Source of the DNA: Centroscyllium fabricii
Lineage: Eukaryota
DNA: 64,000 nt
Assembly: GCA_051313645.2 (NCBI GenBank)
Contig: JBNRSN020000026.1
Span: 51,398,001 to 51,462,000, forward strand
Direction: 5' to 3'
The notes beneath the pieces are model-generated. The model was not told the origin of the DNA. It did not search any database and saw nothing but the letters and a program-made list of their open reading frames with translations. The position numbers and the translations under genes are program-made. Below, one piece after another: positions 63,910-64,000 of the stretch; within the stretch, counting starts at the first letter, position 1, and the number at the start of each line of letters is the position of its first letter.

Positions 63910-64000
63910 CAGGTTGAAGTTCGTTAATCCGGCACCCAAAAAACCAGAAACTTCGAACGTCCGGCAATAATTTCCCCGGCTACCCTGCGCATGCGCAAAA
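63910..64000. mobile_element. Start of a Tigger-like MITE (truncated by window)
   Basis: TA|CAGGTTGAAGTTCGTTAATCCGGCAC, TGCGCATGCGCA. Confidence 0.7.

Overview
Cartilaginous-fish (shark-like) genomic DNA containing the tail-to-tail Dlx3-Dlx4 homeobox bigene cluster. Dlx3 is on + (3 exons, 24957-29432) and Dlx4 is on - (3 exons, 47688-42951), with about 13.5 kb between the stop codons. The first ~22 kb are dense in transposon relics: CR1 LINEs (including an intact-ORF CR1 nested antisense inside an older CR1), HE1/V-SINEs, Deu- and LF-like SINEs, a 5S-derived SINE3, Tigger-like and Harbinger-like MITEs, and a solo LTR. An N gap lies at 22881-23812. Highlights: (1) at least 9 fold-back Penelope-derived elements, most flanked by 9-14 bp target-site duplications and most carrying minimal hammerhead-ribozyme cores on both strands; they sit in both Dlx3 introns, the intergenic region and the likely Dlx4 3'UTR; (2) intergenic TAAT-rich blocks that, from recalled sequence, look paralogous to the Dlx5/6 I56i and Dlx1/2 I12a/I12b enhancers; (3) two minisatellites associated with a second Penelope-type family; (4) MITEs packed with NRF1/YY1 motifs. 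Family assignments were made by eye and from memory; no database search was run.
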